Part shown: piece after piece, positions 1-13,849 of the stretch | How positions within the stretch are numbered: position 1 is the first letter of the stretch | Layout: every line of letters begins with the position of its first letter | From: Balanoglossus misakiensis | Taxonomy: Eukaryota; Animalia; Hemichordata | Direction of reading: 5' to 3' | Length of the DNA stretch: 64,000 nt | NCBI GenBank assembly: GCA_040954595.2 | Contig: CM082576.2 | Span: 13,457,129-13,521,128 of the forward strand | Notes under the pieces: generated by a model | Database searches by the model: none | What the model saw: only the letters and a program-made list of their open reading frames with translations | Told to the model about the DNA's origin: nothing | Made by a program: the position numbers and the translations under genes

Positions 1-3000
1 CAACTTTTGGATCATTTTCAGTTGAAAGTACGACACGCTTGGTCGAATTTTCACAATAACTTGTTGTTAAACAGGTAGCGGTGGAAAACAACTTGAAATT
101 TTGATATTAATATTTATGTTGGTCTCCGAGTCAGAGATACTTGGGGACTTTTTTGCGGTGCCTTAAGAGATGCTGTTGCGCCTACAAGTTGACCACTGAG
201 CAAATGATCGATGAAATCATGCTACTTTTTTCATGATCTTGGAATAGTAAACGGTTGAAAAAACTGCAAGGCAATGCCTTCCATCTTTTTAAACCATTTT
301 CCCAAATCTTGGTCTTTTTCCTGTACAGTTTTTGATTATATCGTAGATCTTATATGAGGCAGTCGCCTTTTTGTAAAGTCCCCCGGGCCCGTAAAACGCG
401 TCGAACGCCAGGCATGACAACGGAGGCAGCGGCAACAACCAAACACACGAAACTGCCGCGCAGCATTGTGGACCGCGGACCAACACGGCACTAAGAACCA
501 ATGTTTGTTAATTTTAACATATGCGGTATTAAACGGCGTTAGTTCCACAATCATGTACTTATTAGGTAAACAAAGCAGAAATGAACATGCAAGAGCCCGG
601 AGGGGCTAGAAACAATGCAAATTTGACTTCTGCCAACCAAATGAAATTATGGGAAAATTAAAAAAACCGCTGACCGTATGCACTGCTTAAACAACGCGCA
701 CGTTGCATTAACTGTGTGTATCAGAGACGATGGTGGATTTTTTTTGAGGTGTGTGGCAGATACCGCGTATCTATTTCACGAGTGAAAGAAGATACAGAGG
801 TGATCATGCCACACAAGATTCCTGAAAATGAGAGAATGAAACCGTCCATGGACGATGACAGAACGGCGCCTTTCAACCTCACAGGGGTTTCGCTGCCTTT
901 CTAATGAAGCCGGATTGAAAACGCCGGCTGCGCTTGCGCGGCGAGTACTCTGTCGGTGGAGGCAAGAACTTCATGGTCAGATTTTCAAATCGCTCCTTCT
1001 TTTTGGATGCCGTGTTAAAAGTAATTGGTCAGCACATACCCCCATCGCGACTGATTTGGTAATGATTTATAACTTAACTCAAGGCGAAATTGCTTTCCGC
1101 TTTAATCATTTTTTCCCGCATTGGAAGTGGCCCTATATATATTCTGGGCAGGCGCAAACACATCGATCGCTGCAAGTACTCAACTGTCGGTATCGCCGTG
1201 TTGTACAAATCGTACGTAAATCGTTTCCAAGCATTTTATGTACAAACGACTAACCATAAATAGATTATCCAAATTAACAACATTCATTTCAGATATGGTG
1301 TGGCTAATTGAAAATGTTCAATTTTCGACGGTAATAAAATGTAGTGGAAATGCACGGGACAAACATTAATTTCACAATGAACGGCATTATTCTTGGCGAA
1401 CCATGCATTAAAATTTGTCTGAAACAAGTTTAATATGATTACCCACAAACGGGCTAAATATTTAGATAGTAGGTTTTTTTTCTTGAGTAATCATATTTGA
1501 TGAGTTTTACATACTAATTTCGTATTGAACGGGCTGTGGTGCTCGCAGTGTACACTACAACCGGAATCGTTTGTCTGCTCTGACTTGTAATCATCGCAAA
1601 TAGAAACAAAATTCAATTTCCACGCCACCAACAAATTTGTACACCGAACACGTGTTGGCTCCTTCAGCAAAAGTCGAAGTGCGTTTTTTTATTCGTAGTT
1701 ATTGAACGCCATTTTCTGTCAATGTAGTAATAACACAGAGATTCGATTATAGGAAGAAAAGGGTTGACCTGGGTCGGGAAACGCACACAGCTATTGCAAA
1801 TTAAAACGAAAGTCGGTTCAGGAAGTATGCACGCGGTAATAACGACAAACCAGTGACGCAAAAAAATGAAAAGACTAGCCTGTACCCTGGGACCAATACA
1901 TAACCGGTATATTAAAAAAACCGACCACAGTCTAAACATGAAATTGACTAATTTAAACAAACAGGCTCTTTGTTGCGTTTATGATAATTATTGAAGCAAT
2001 ATTGTAAGAGCAATCTACAAACATGAAATGGTAACTACGGGCAACTAAACAGCAAATTTCCAGATTACATTTTCTTCATAACTTTTTTGCGAACCAAATT
2101 ATTTTGCGAAACTTTGAACGGCACTGCAATGACCAAAGTTGGTGGCCACTGTACTCGGTATTTGATTTGCGGGCAACATCATATAAACTGATGCACAGCT
2201 GTAAAGCCACGTTATGCCTCTTTCATAACAAGGGTTTACAATGTCATAGCACACGCATTAATATCCCAATGGGTCCAAACTATAACCCATTTATGATTTA
2301 AACTAAACTCGCCATGATAAAATATGTTCAAACAATTATTCTGATTGGTGAGAACTTTTTACAAACAGGACCGGCTTGCTGGCTGATATTATGACTCGCT
2401 ACGATGATGTCATCAACTCCCCTGAAACACAGTCTGGATGGGCACCTTCATACGTCATATGCCAAAAGTACTCCTCAACGGTACTTAGCTTAACGTTTTT
2501 TGACACATTAAATTTTTCTTTTTCAATTGACGTCATTGTTCCCGGGACTAATTTTCAATGGACTTGTTTAACAAACTCTAAATCAATATATTTGTCATGA
2601 TGTCGATAGATTTAGACTGATAAAACAAACACAAAAAATAAACACGCTAAACGTGAATGGAAAGAGGGTGGACATAGGACAGTTGCGAAACCGTAGCAAC
2701 GTGGACAAGAAGATTCCGCAAGTATCAAGGCCACGACAAATAGTATTTATTGATTGCCAAAAGAAGATTTTAAAGAGAAAATCGCTGTGATTTGATGTTT
2801 CCTGTGTAACACATGATTCCTGTATACAAACGCACAACTGCAGACAGACCTAAGAGATCTGGCCTGCGCGAGCCAGCGCGAGACACTGTGTTGCACATAC
2901 AGCCACGGTCTCTCCTGGAGGGACAGTGGTAGAATGATCAAGAAGTCATGGAAGTTTTTTTTGTCAAAACAGAACAAAAATTTCGAAAGAAAACCAGAAT

Positions 3001-4217
3001 CACACATTTGAAGGCGAAGTTGCAAAGACAGGTGAAACGTAACAGTCCATGAAGTGGCCAAAACCAACCATGTTTCTAGATTTTTAGGGAAATCTTCATC
3101 TCTGCGCTTTGAATTCTCCCAGTGTCTGCGAGGAACGATTGTATACAACCGCGAAAGGTTCTTCTATAACGTTGAATACTGAGGCTTTTTTTCCACAAAG
3201 AAACGTATTAAATAACGAGAAACATACTGTCATACACTGAGTGACACGTATAAGCTTGCTTTTGAATACCGTTCATCTCGGCACGCGGAAACTATGCCGC
3301 AGTTTCAGACGTCTACTTTAGCGGGGAAAATTGTCCGCAGCAATGGGGTGATTTGGCGAGGGGTCTCCTTTCAGCAGTTGAAGGGGCTCGTCTATTGACA
3401 TTTTATATGACTTGAGGCAGTCGGCGATACGCCGTGTATAATGCACTTCTCTGTATACTACTTAACTTCATTTGTTGCCTAAATGCTCCATTGTCATTAA
3501 TTGAATTGAGTGGGTCAAAAACACTAAAAGCTTGCTTTTTTTCCGTGGCGTGTTGTTTTTCCTCTGTCGAGCAAAGCAGCCCAACAATGGTATAATTAAA
3601 ATCATCCATTGGGGTAGGCCTTAGTAGTTGGCCTCCCTCTCTTCTTTTCTGCTTGGTGGCTGGTATTTGATGCCTTGTGTTCCAAAGAGATGCAAAGTGG
3701 CGGGGCGACAAGGAGAATAGGCGCGCACAAAATGGGATGAATGGAGAGCAATGCAGCGGCCCCGGGAGGTGGGTACGTGTTAATACAATCGGGCGAAAGT
3801 GCATACTTAAACAAGACGTCTTGGCCCTTTTCGACGTTTTAGAGTCAGAAAAATGATCCCTATACTTCTTTTCCGGAAAACAAACATCCTGCCAAACCCG
3901 CTTTCAAGTTCGTCTATTGCCGGGCTGCTCGCCTCTCGCTCGCTGCAACACGATACGTTGACTCTAGAGAGAAAAAAAATTAACATTTACTTTTGAGAGG
4001 TCTTTTCACAGCAATTTTGCGAATCGCATCGACGCTCGCCGTGTGCGCTATCGGACTTATGATGAGTATATTTGCATGGCGTGTCCGCGTGCGTGCGTGT
4101 TTTCGAGACGATAAGCATAATTTAGTTTGTGTAGGGTGGATTCTTAAAGCCTGTCTCTCGCTGTAAAGAATTATTACTCACAAAAATAAAGTTTATCGTG
4201 TACTGTCTGCTCGTAGC

Positions 4218-4314
4218 AGTGAGTGAGTGAGCGAGTGAGTGAGTGAGTGAGTGAGTGAGTGAGTGAGCGAGTGAGTAAGTGAGTGAGAGGGCGAGTGAGT
4301 TAGTTAGTGAGTGA
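4218..4314. repeat. (AGTG)n microsatellite, imperfect
   Basis: Directly visible gtgagtgagtga array. Confidence 0.95.
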
Positions 4315-7300
4315 CTTATTGAAGATCTCGCGCAGGATCCATAAATGTGAATCAATTGCATCTTCATTTAGCAGGTGGCCACATACAAAACTACCCGCCT
4401 AACAAAATAATACAGCAAGTTTTACAAATTGTTTAATAAATATCGAACGCTAGCGACAGTAATTACAGCTAGACTTTTAATGTTGACTGGTGCGCTGCGC
4501 TGCGTCTCGTATTCATTTTCAGTTTTACACCCATAGCTATACTGGATTGGATGAAACAAAGGGGACTCGCTCGATAACCGGCTTCATCAGAAGATCCCCG
4601 AGCCAAATTGCAAGAAAAGGCAAGGTGGCCATTGTCTCCGCTGTTTTGCATATTGCAATTTTTGAAACATTTCACGATGCGCGGAATGGCAGCCCGTGGC
4701 AAAGGCGCTGTAAATGGCGAACTATTGAAGAATATTATATGTGAAGCGCAGTTGAATGCGGCGCATTGACAACGCTATCTCCCCTAGAGGCCAACCATCT
4801 TAATATGCTTTAAGTTATTCATAGTGCATGTATTAGCAGTACACGTGTATACAAAAGGACAGACACGGATCCCCACCTCCGTCCATCATAAACGAAAAAT
4901 AAATTTCATATCATGTCCCTGTGGTCATGTTAATACCAACACGTGTCTCGCAACTTGTCAACGTCGATATCAACCGCCTCGGACATTAGAGCAACTTTGC
5001 CAACCGGGCCCAGGCCCTGTCATTTAATTAAGCGCCACCATCTTTCACAGACGCATCGATTCAGAAATAACAGTGACAGGTTTGCACAAAAAACCACAAT
5101 CACATCATCGAATTTAAATTGAATAATGCAGAACAGAAACAATAACGTGCATCCACTCTCGCCTTGCACATTTATGTTCAAAAATCGATTTTCAGAAAAA
5201 GAGTCACTATTCATAGCGTGACTCCAAGCTTTAATAATCACACAAGCACCATACTGCAACATACTTTTTTCCACCTTGTTTTTTCCCGCGTTTTCTGTCA
5301 ATATTAAATAAGAAGAGTGCCAATGTAAATTGAATTTTGTGAGATTTTTTTCCTTGTGAATTACGGTCGACGACTGCAAAGCTAAAAATAAACCCAAATG
5401 AAGAGAGGGAGAGAGAGTGGCCATGATAAGCCACAATGGGTACGCCTCCTTCGCTATTGATTTTCTGAAAGTTCAATTTACTCTGTTGAAGTTATTTGGA
5501 TTTTCTTTTCAGTGGAAGTTACGGTTTCAGGCCATCTAGTGGATCGCCCCTTTGTCTCCTGGGTACAGACGGTCAAAATCTTGTTCTTTAAAAAAAAAGT
5601 CTTTTGCCGACCTTTTGATCAGTGGAAGTCGCTACGGGTGACACTGTTAACTTTCGCCTTGGTGATAAGGTTTTATGTCGACGTCGTGTTCGGAGACACG
5701 CGCTTGTTTTGTGAGGGATTTTTGAGATCATATCACATCCGACATTCGAGTTTTGCATTGGCCGTCACTGAAAGAGAACGTTCAGGTAAAACGAGATAAT
5801 TCTGGGGACGGACGGCCATTTTATGTTTTTTTTCGTCGTTGGTCCCAGCGATCCAATCTGTAACCATTACGACGAAGACTCCCTTATTGACGAATGGCCA
5901 CAGACAGCAACAGTGACGATGTCGCCCCCCCCCCCGAATTTACAATATTGCCGGCAATGCATCATAAACATATTTATTCCAATATCGATTGCAAATAATA
6001 GCTCTATCATCAAACTGTCAGCGACAATAAGAATTTATGTTTTCATAAACAGTTTACAAGCATTTTCATGTGAAAAGGGCACAGAAATGTTTATAGAGGC
6101 AGCATTATACTTTATTTCTTTTTCCTTTTTATGATATTAAGCGGCGTAATAGGGCCTCTCCCACGTTTATAGCTCTCAAGGGACGCTCGAGCTATTGAAC
6201 TACAGTAAATACTAAACTTTAAAAAAAAAGTCAAACAGACTTGAAAGACGCGATACCTCGAGGCAAGTGCGTTGATTACACAGAGACACGAGGGCACTCA
6301 CTCACTTAATGTCGTGACGAAGCCGAACCAAATAAAGGCAGCTAGCATCGCATCTTTGCCATCCTGTCCCCAGCTCCATCGCCGTCATGCAAGTACATTT
6401 CCTAAAAGCGCCTGCAAGTTATTCCTAATGCCATTTCCCCCATTGAAAGCCTCTCGCTTTGTAAGCTTTGACGGCACGCAAGAAACCCGATAGCCTGTTA
6501 GTTGACAAACGACCAAGTTTTTCTTGCTTTTATTGCAGAATTGAGGATCAGCAGTCGGAAACCAAGAGGGCAATTGTTGGGGGGGGGGGGATGGGATTGG
6601 CCCTGCCTCTGCCTATACACACGGTTCGTCGTCATTAAGGTGACAGCTCCTATCTATTACAAGCGCAGAAACTGAACCAGGTATACACCATTGTACTCTT
6701 TACACTTCCTCCACAATCAGGCACTATTTGTAATTTGAAACAGGTTTCTCCACCGCAATACACGCCCGTTGATGGATCGGGCGAAAATGTGAAAGAAAAT
6801 GGACTCTCTTCGATCGGAATTTGTTGAGGGATATTCGAAGCCCTGTCAAACGGTTTGTTTAAGTACTCGCCCGGAATTCCCTAAAACTGTTCTACGAAGT
6901 GCGTGATTGTTAAACTCTTGTCAATCACTGGTTGATATCAAGACACGGAAAACCAAGGTGCTAATACTACAGAAACAAAACTCGTGTTGACTTTTGACCC
7001 AGTAGTCTCGGACTTTCCTCTCGAATAAAAATATTTTGAATTTATGCACTTCTTTATATTGATTGTACTCCATTCATTCATCACTCACAAGTGAATGAAT
7101 TTCAGGCAGTTTTTTCTCTCTCTTCAAAGACTGGGCTACCTGGCTAGTTTTAAGACTGGTCCAGTTAACTCACTGTGTGGCCGGTTTCCCGCAGTTTCTC
7201 GTTTTGTCGGTCGATAGCAAGACAAGAAAAAGCAACGCTGTGGTTCAAGAACACCAAATACACCAGTAACCAGAGATGGCGGTACCGTGTTACAGGCGTA

Positions 7301-10300
7301 GAAGACAAACTGTTATTGATAGCCCGTCAAGAAATCCGCGCCAACAACAAGGGAGGGCGATAGGTGTATCCTATACTTTTCGATTGGTTTTCACATCGGC
7401 AGTCATGGTTAATGGTGGAGGGATGGTCTCTTCCCCCCCAAAAAACAGACATTAGTCGGGCACGATAAGTCAGGCCAAACGACATTTTGGAACTATTTTA
7501 GAAAAATGACGAAATCCGTGTTTGTAAATACATATTTAATGGTCACCCACAACACCTCAACAACTCAATTCAAGGGTCATTGACGCAAATGCTAGCAAAG
7601 GTACATAGCCTGGCTTCGCAGAATACCATTTCTGCCAGGAAAAATGAAAATCGTTCACGCCGAAATCATCGTGTCTGGAGTCTAGTTTTGCTAATATCAG
7701 ACATGTTATTTCTTTATCATAAACCAATTCAGTTGTAAAGATGGCTGTAAATTTCGTGTTTATTTCTATTCCCACGTACATGTATATGCTTATTTTATGC
7801 TTAAATTAATTCATATTTTAACGGACCGTAAAACAACTCGCTGCCTCTGTTGTTTTGCTGACATAAATCCAATCATTATTTGTTTTCTCTTGGCCTGATG
7901 CACATTCAAAATGAGTATCGCGTAAACTGACAGGCGAGACGATTTTTATATAGATCAATCTTGCGCTTGCGCATACATTTATATCGTTGCCATGGAGATG
8001 AAAATTGCCAACTGTAAGCACAAAAAAGTTGTATTGTCTGAAGTCCGGTTTTAAAAGTATTCTCACTTTGGTTTAAAACGAAAAACGGAAATTATACCGC
8101 TCTTACACGACTTAATGGAGTCTAAATTGATAAATACTCGAATGCTGTTGTTTTCATATGCGGGTATCATCTCGCAAACACGCACTCAGTGCACGATGGG
8201 TATGTACAATCGGTCGAGGTAAAGATTTAATAGAACTTCCGATTAATTTAGAATAACAGGGAAACGCTAGTATGTCATTTCCGTAATAATTTTTCTGAGT
8301 TTTCGAGAAATATCTGCGTATAAGCTCTAGGCATGCTTATGACATGATAGTTCAAGAAATTGAATTAAATACTGACTGCGTAGAGATGGATGGTTAGTGT
8401 CTACAGTTGAAAAAACTTAGCAAGGAAAAAGTGAAAAAAAACTTAGGTTATCTTCAAATGTCAAATACAGACAAGCTTACGAGGAGGTCTAACTTATCCA
8501 CGTATCCGCATTTTAAAATGCATTTTAGGCCTATGACGAGTTTTCCATGAGTCGAACAAAACTTAAGCGGTGAAAAGATGGTCGGTGTAATAAACGTTAC
8601 TATTGAGTCGATAGGGCATAGAAGTGGTTAAGGTGTCAGTATTGTTATATCAAAGTCGTCGGGCCATGTGTAACTGTGCACATTAGAGCGGGAAAATAGC
8701 AAGATCTCTGAGCAAATGATTCAGTAAAGTATTATTCTGTGCAGGTTGGCGTCGACCTACAAAAAACTGTCGCCTTGTCGCTAGAACCATTTCTTCAACC
8801 CACTTTGCTCAGTCTCATATACATATTGACTCAGGCGCATCCATTACTAGCCGATCGTTAATTTACCCAGCCTTGGCATTCACAACACAATACGAGAATA
8901 TGAATATGACAGACTCTCACTTAGCTGTGAGATGTATATTATATAGCAGCTTTCTTTTGCCAACTAGACGCCACAGCTAAGAAACTTCCACTCCTGAGAA
9001 ACCATAGGTTCAATTAAACAGCTATCACTGACTGCAGGAAAGGTGGGGTGATGTTAAAACCTGCTCTCGTGTTGAGTATTTCTCCAAAGCACCCGCGTGT
9101 ACAAAAATCAATGAATACCGTTTGGACATCGTGTCAGGCGGGTTGGATAAAACAAATCAGCGAAAGAAATCCGCCCCAATATGACCACCACTAATCTCAC
9201 TTCTTTAAAATTGCTTCCATCATTAAAAAACACGGTCCATAATTTCGGTAAAATGTAATTAATAGCTTCCAATATATAGCTTTCGTATAGAGTGTGTACA
9301 AAATATCACGTTACTTTTGGTGAATCATTAAAATATGAAACAGACAAAAAAATCTGTATAATCTTCTCTGGCGATAACAAGGACTACCCGTATCGGATGA
9401 ATGCTATCACGTGCCAACCTATGGTGATATAATTAGCCACCCGTAATGATTTATTGGGTGTACTGTTTCTCTCGGCTCTTTTCAATGAATTATTCCCGTG
9501 GTTAATGAAACGAAATACGGTCATTAGGGAAACCATATTCTTTTGAAAATTACATTATTAGTGCCTATGTATTAACACAGCGTGTGTGTGATAGATTGCC
9601 ACACCGGTTACAATGCAACCCATTTTTCCCACCCACCACGGGGGCAACTTTTGTTTTGTTTTGTTCACACTAAACACGGGCAAACACACTGGCAATCATA
9701 AGAGTACTTAATCCCTCAAATGACCGTGATATAAGTTTTCGCTCTTCATGACAAAAAACAGTGTAAATAGTAATTGATGTCTGATCAATTATCGCAGCCG
9801 ATGTACCTATACCGTGTATAGGTGACATGAACTTTTTGGTGTGGAATGTTCATGATTGAGTTTGTGTAACCAGGTGTTGATAGCTACAGACAACCAATCA
9901 TACTGCCAACAGGAACCCCTTCAACGTAGCTTTGTGAATTCTAATTACTATTTTAAAATCTGGATGTGCGAAAATAGAGTCATTTCTCTGAGAAGATAGA
10001 TATCTTTTGAATAGATATCCTTTATGTTAGGTTTTAAATTCACAAAAAAATAAACCACATTGGCAAATATCGATAAATGATGAAGAAACATTGACAGCAA
10101 AATCCGTTTTTCTTTGTTGCACCGGTTTTCTGCTTAATTGCGTAAAATCATTATGGAACAGGAAACTTAACTCCAAACAAACGATAGATTTACAATTTAG
10201 AATTAAATGTTAATTTGCAGCGGTAATTAAATATTCATATCGGATTACAGAACAGTCACGAAAATGACAAAAAACAATAAAAGTCATTTCCGCAATGGTG

Positions 10301-10341
10301 CTATTATGTACAGGAATTAAATCCTGTGATGAGGTCTAATT

Positions 10342-10349
10342 AGAGAGAG

Positions 10350-10420
<71 letters not shown>

Positions 10421-10468
10421 AGAGAGAGAGAGAGAGAGAGAGATGAAGATAGAGAGAGGGAGAGAAAG

Positions 10469-10547
<79 letters not shown>

Positions 10548-10574
10548 GACAGGCAGAGACAGACAGACAGAGAG
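10342..10574. repeat. Compound microsatellite (GA)n-polyG-(GA)n-(GATA)n-(GACA)n
   Basis: Directly visible; explains the SLSL/SIYL ORFs. Confidence 0.97.
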
Positions 10575-13049
10575 GGAAAACACGTACATGCTTCATCTAA
10601 TCAGATTCAAAAACTTTGCAATATTGCAAGAATGCCATTGTGCTAGTCGATTGTCAAGCAGTGCCATGCTCGATCTTGTAAAATAATAGAGTATCACGGA
10701 AGTTTGGAGGATTTTCATCCGGCGTATGAGGACAATGGAGCACACTAACGCCTTCAAGTACTAGACCTACTACTATACATGTACCTGTATATCCTATTTA
10801 GGTTTCACTGGCATGCACGATATGAATGTGAGTGCATGCTATAAGCCAACACTTCGCGATTTCTCACTGACGTTGTCTGCATCGTCCCTGAATGAATAAC
10901 GAAAACCAGAACCAAGTATAGGCGCTGCGATATTAGTCGCGTCTAACCTGGGTCCAACTCGGTGACGTCATTCGCGGGAAATCAGAATCGCGCCCCGAAT
11001 CAAATTTATCGTTTTAATAACACAAGCTGCATGCACAGGGGATGCTTGAATTCTGGAGTTCTCATTTGATGTCTGCTTAATGCTTGATCGAATATTGATT
11101 TGTGGATTGGCTTTCAGATGAGAAGTGAAATAGGAGACGTTTTCTATCTTGTAGGATATCATCCAACGCGCTCTACCCATTTACTGTTCAACGCTGGGGT
11201 CGACAGATCATCGTGCCGTTTCTTTTTTTTTACCTGCGCCCCTCTTTTCGCCCGCTGTTTATACGAGTTCCTTTACTCATTTCAATATTTGTGTGTATTT
11301 ACACTACTCTCTCTATCTGGTTTAGATGTTGACACTTAACCATGTGACACCCGTATTTTAACGCAAACAGGTGCTCTATCTGTTTCTGTGATATCCACTT
11401 ATTAGAATTCCTGGAAATCACATCAAAGTGACAATTTTTCACGTGGGCTACCCGAGTTTTAACGTTTATGTACTTCAAGTCATTTTTTCACCGTGGGTGA
11501 ACGCTGAAAATGATCCGAAGTCTCTCCGGACGCAAAGAGAATAGAGAAGGTTCCTTTCTGAGGAAAAGTGCGATCATTCGTTTTTTCTTCTTCTGATACT
11601 AAATTATTGAACCGTGAAACTACTGGTAAAACCAGGCGATTTAATAGTTCAGCAATACTATACGGATGAACGCGCGACTTAGTCGACGGTGATACTGCAA
11701 TGTGGCGAAATCAGTATCGGGTCGTCTAAGAGGACAACTTATTTTGCTGTCGGGAGAAAGTATTTTGTGTAGAAATCCTCCCTAAGTGACGGCTTCCTTT
11801 CACATATTCATTTTATGACAGATGTTTTTGTTATTCTAGAATAACTGGCTTATGGCAAGGTTGGCTAATGTTTGAACACTCATGTTATCAATGACAGGGG
11901 GATCACCGATCAGTGAAATCGAACGAGTCGCTTCCGATCAAGGCAGTAACGGTCCTTTGAAAAACCAAAACGAATCCAAAATTATTCGCAACAATAACGT
12001 TGCTTTGTTATTTTTCGAAGATAGTATATTCTTCGCTGGCCCGTGGATCTAAAAATATGGACGCTCTTCTACGGTGTAAATATTAATAAGCTGATCGTCC
12101 ACCCAGTTTTGGCCTGAGGGACGAGTTCGGGAGGTCAGGGGTCATTTCAAGATGCAGAAAATCTATTCAGTCGAATAAGATACTGCTCGGAGGGACGTGG
12201 CTCCCTATTTACTCAACCTGCACTCAAAATCAAGAACGGTCGGGTTAAAATTTCCTCCGAACAAAGAAATCGAGATGCCTGTTGGTTGACATGCAGACGG
12301 ACTGCTCTCTTCTCAAGTCGGGCGATGAAAGTCACGTGATGCCGACAAGTCACGCAAACTCCTGTAAGTTTAGATGGTTTTGAAAGGGACAATTCTTCAA
12401 CACTTCTAACTTACAATATGAACTAAACAGTCTCTGTAACAATAAAATTGGGACTGATGGGAAAACGATTTCACAAAAAGCTGAGATGGACTTTGCGGGA
12501 GGATCATATCAGCAGAGGCTCTGATGTCGACGTAACTGCGCATGTCCAGAAAATGGAAATTTCAACCAAAACCGGATTTCCAATAAGATAACATTTCAGG
12601 GCTAACGCATCGCATCCTGTCTGAAACAAGATCGAAAAACCGAAGAAAATAATTTCATTGGACAGGTCAAAGGTCACAGTCGTCACTGAGTTCGAGTACT
12701 GTCTCGGACATATTTATATTTTTAACTGATTTGCATTTTGAGTTGGTAAGTCTTTGGTTCTGTGATACCTGTTTGGTTAAGGTTCACACGCAGCCTACCC
12801 ACAGTGTTATGTTCACCATATTTGCTTGTTTCCGTCCACCGCCTGTTCATCGTGGCGCACCGCAACTTTTCTCAGGTTGCACGCCGAGGTCTAAATATTG
12901 GCGCAGGAGCATCAAACACCACAAGGCCTAATATTTGATCTTCAGACGCAGGGTATGATATTACACTCATTGTACACAGAGTTTAAAAAAAAACAGAACA
13001 CATTTCCGCGCCACAAAAGGCGGATACACTATATAAAAATACTCAATTA

Positions 13050-13849
13050 GGCTGCATTCACAAACACCTCTGGAGGGGGGGGCAGGAGAATTGAGGGGGG
13101 GGATTTGAAAAAATTGAGGGTATGTAAGGGGGGGGATTTGAAATAATTTAGGGACTGAAAGGGGGGGACTTGAAAACTTTGACGACTAAATATTTATTTT
13201 GAGTCCACAAAAATGCAGTTTCGCGCCCTTTATTTTACAAAATTTTCTAATGTGGGAGGGGGACACCCCCTCCCACACCCACCCCCTCCATTTATCAACA
13301 CCTTTCAAACATTGACTGGTTTATCTAGTGTCCCAGGTCAGGGGACTTGCCCCCACCCCATGATAACTTTGAGCGCGCGGCGGTTAAATTTGTCCTCCCC
13401 AACATACCGGTAGTTGAGTTAATGTGCTTTTGCCAGGTTCATTAAAATGCAGCTTTGAGCTCTGTATTTTATAAAATTTTCTTACGTGGGAGGGGGACAC
13501 CCCCTCCCAAACCCACCCCCTTCAATTCTTGGTTTACAATGTCTCCCAACACAGAATACAGATACTTAAAAAATAAAAACAATGTTCAGTTTTAATACCC
13601 ACTGATGAGGGGAAACATCAGTTTCAAATTCTTTTCATGGGAGCGCTGTTTTTCTTTTTTACAAGATAGATAGGTGATGTGTTTTGCTGAGTGGAAGAAA
13701 ATGGGGGGGGGACTTGAAAATTTTAGCAGTTCGGAAGGGGGGGATTTGAAAATATTTCGGGTTGTTGAGGGGGGGCATGTGAAAATTAACGGTAAAAAAA
13801 ATTGAATTCTCCCGCCCCCCCCCCTCCAGAGGTGTTTGTGAATGCAGCC
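13050..13849. mobile_element. Non-autonomous DNA transposon (MITE), PIF/Harbinger (Tourist)-like, 800 bp
   Basis: 33-bp perfect TIR GGCTGCATTCACAAACACCTCTGGAGGGGGGGG, extending imperfectly to about 43 bp. TTA flanks both ends (13047-13049 and 13850-13852); a 3-bp TWA TSD is typical of PIF/Harbinger. No transposase ORF. Confidence 0.88.
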
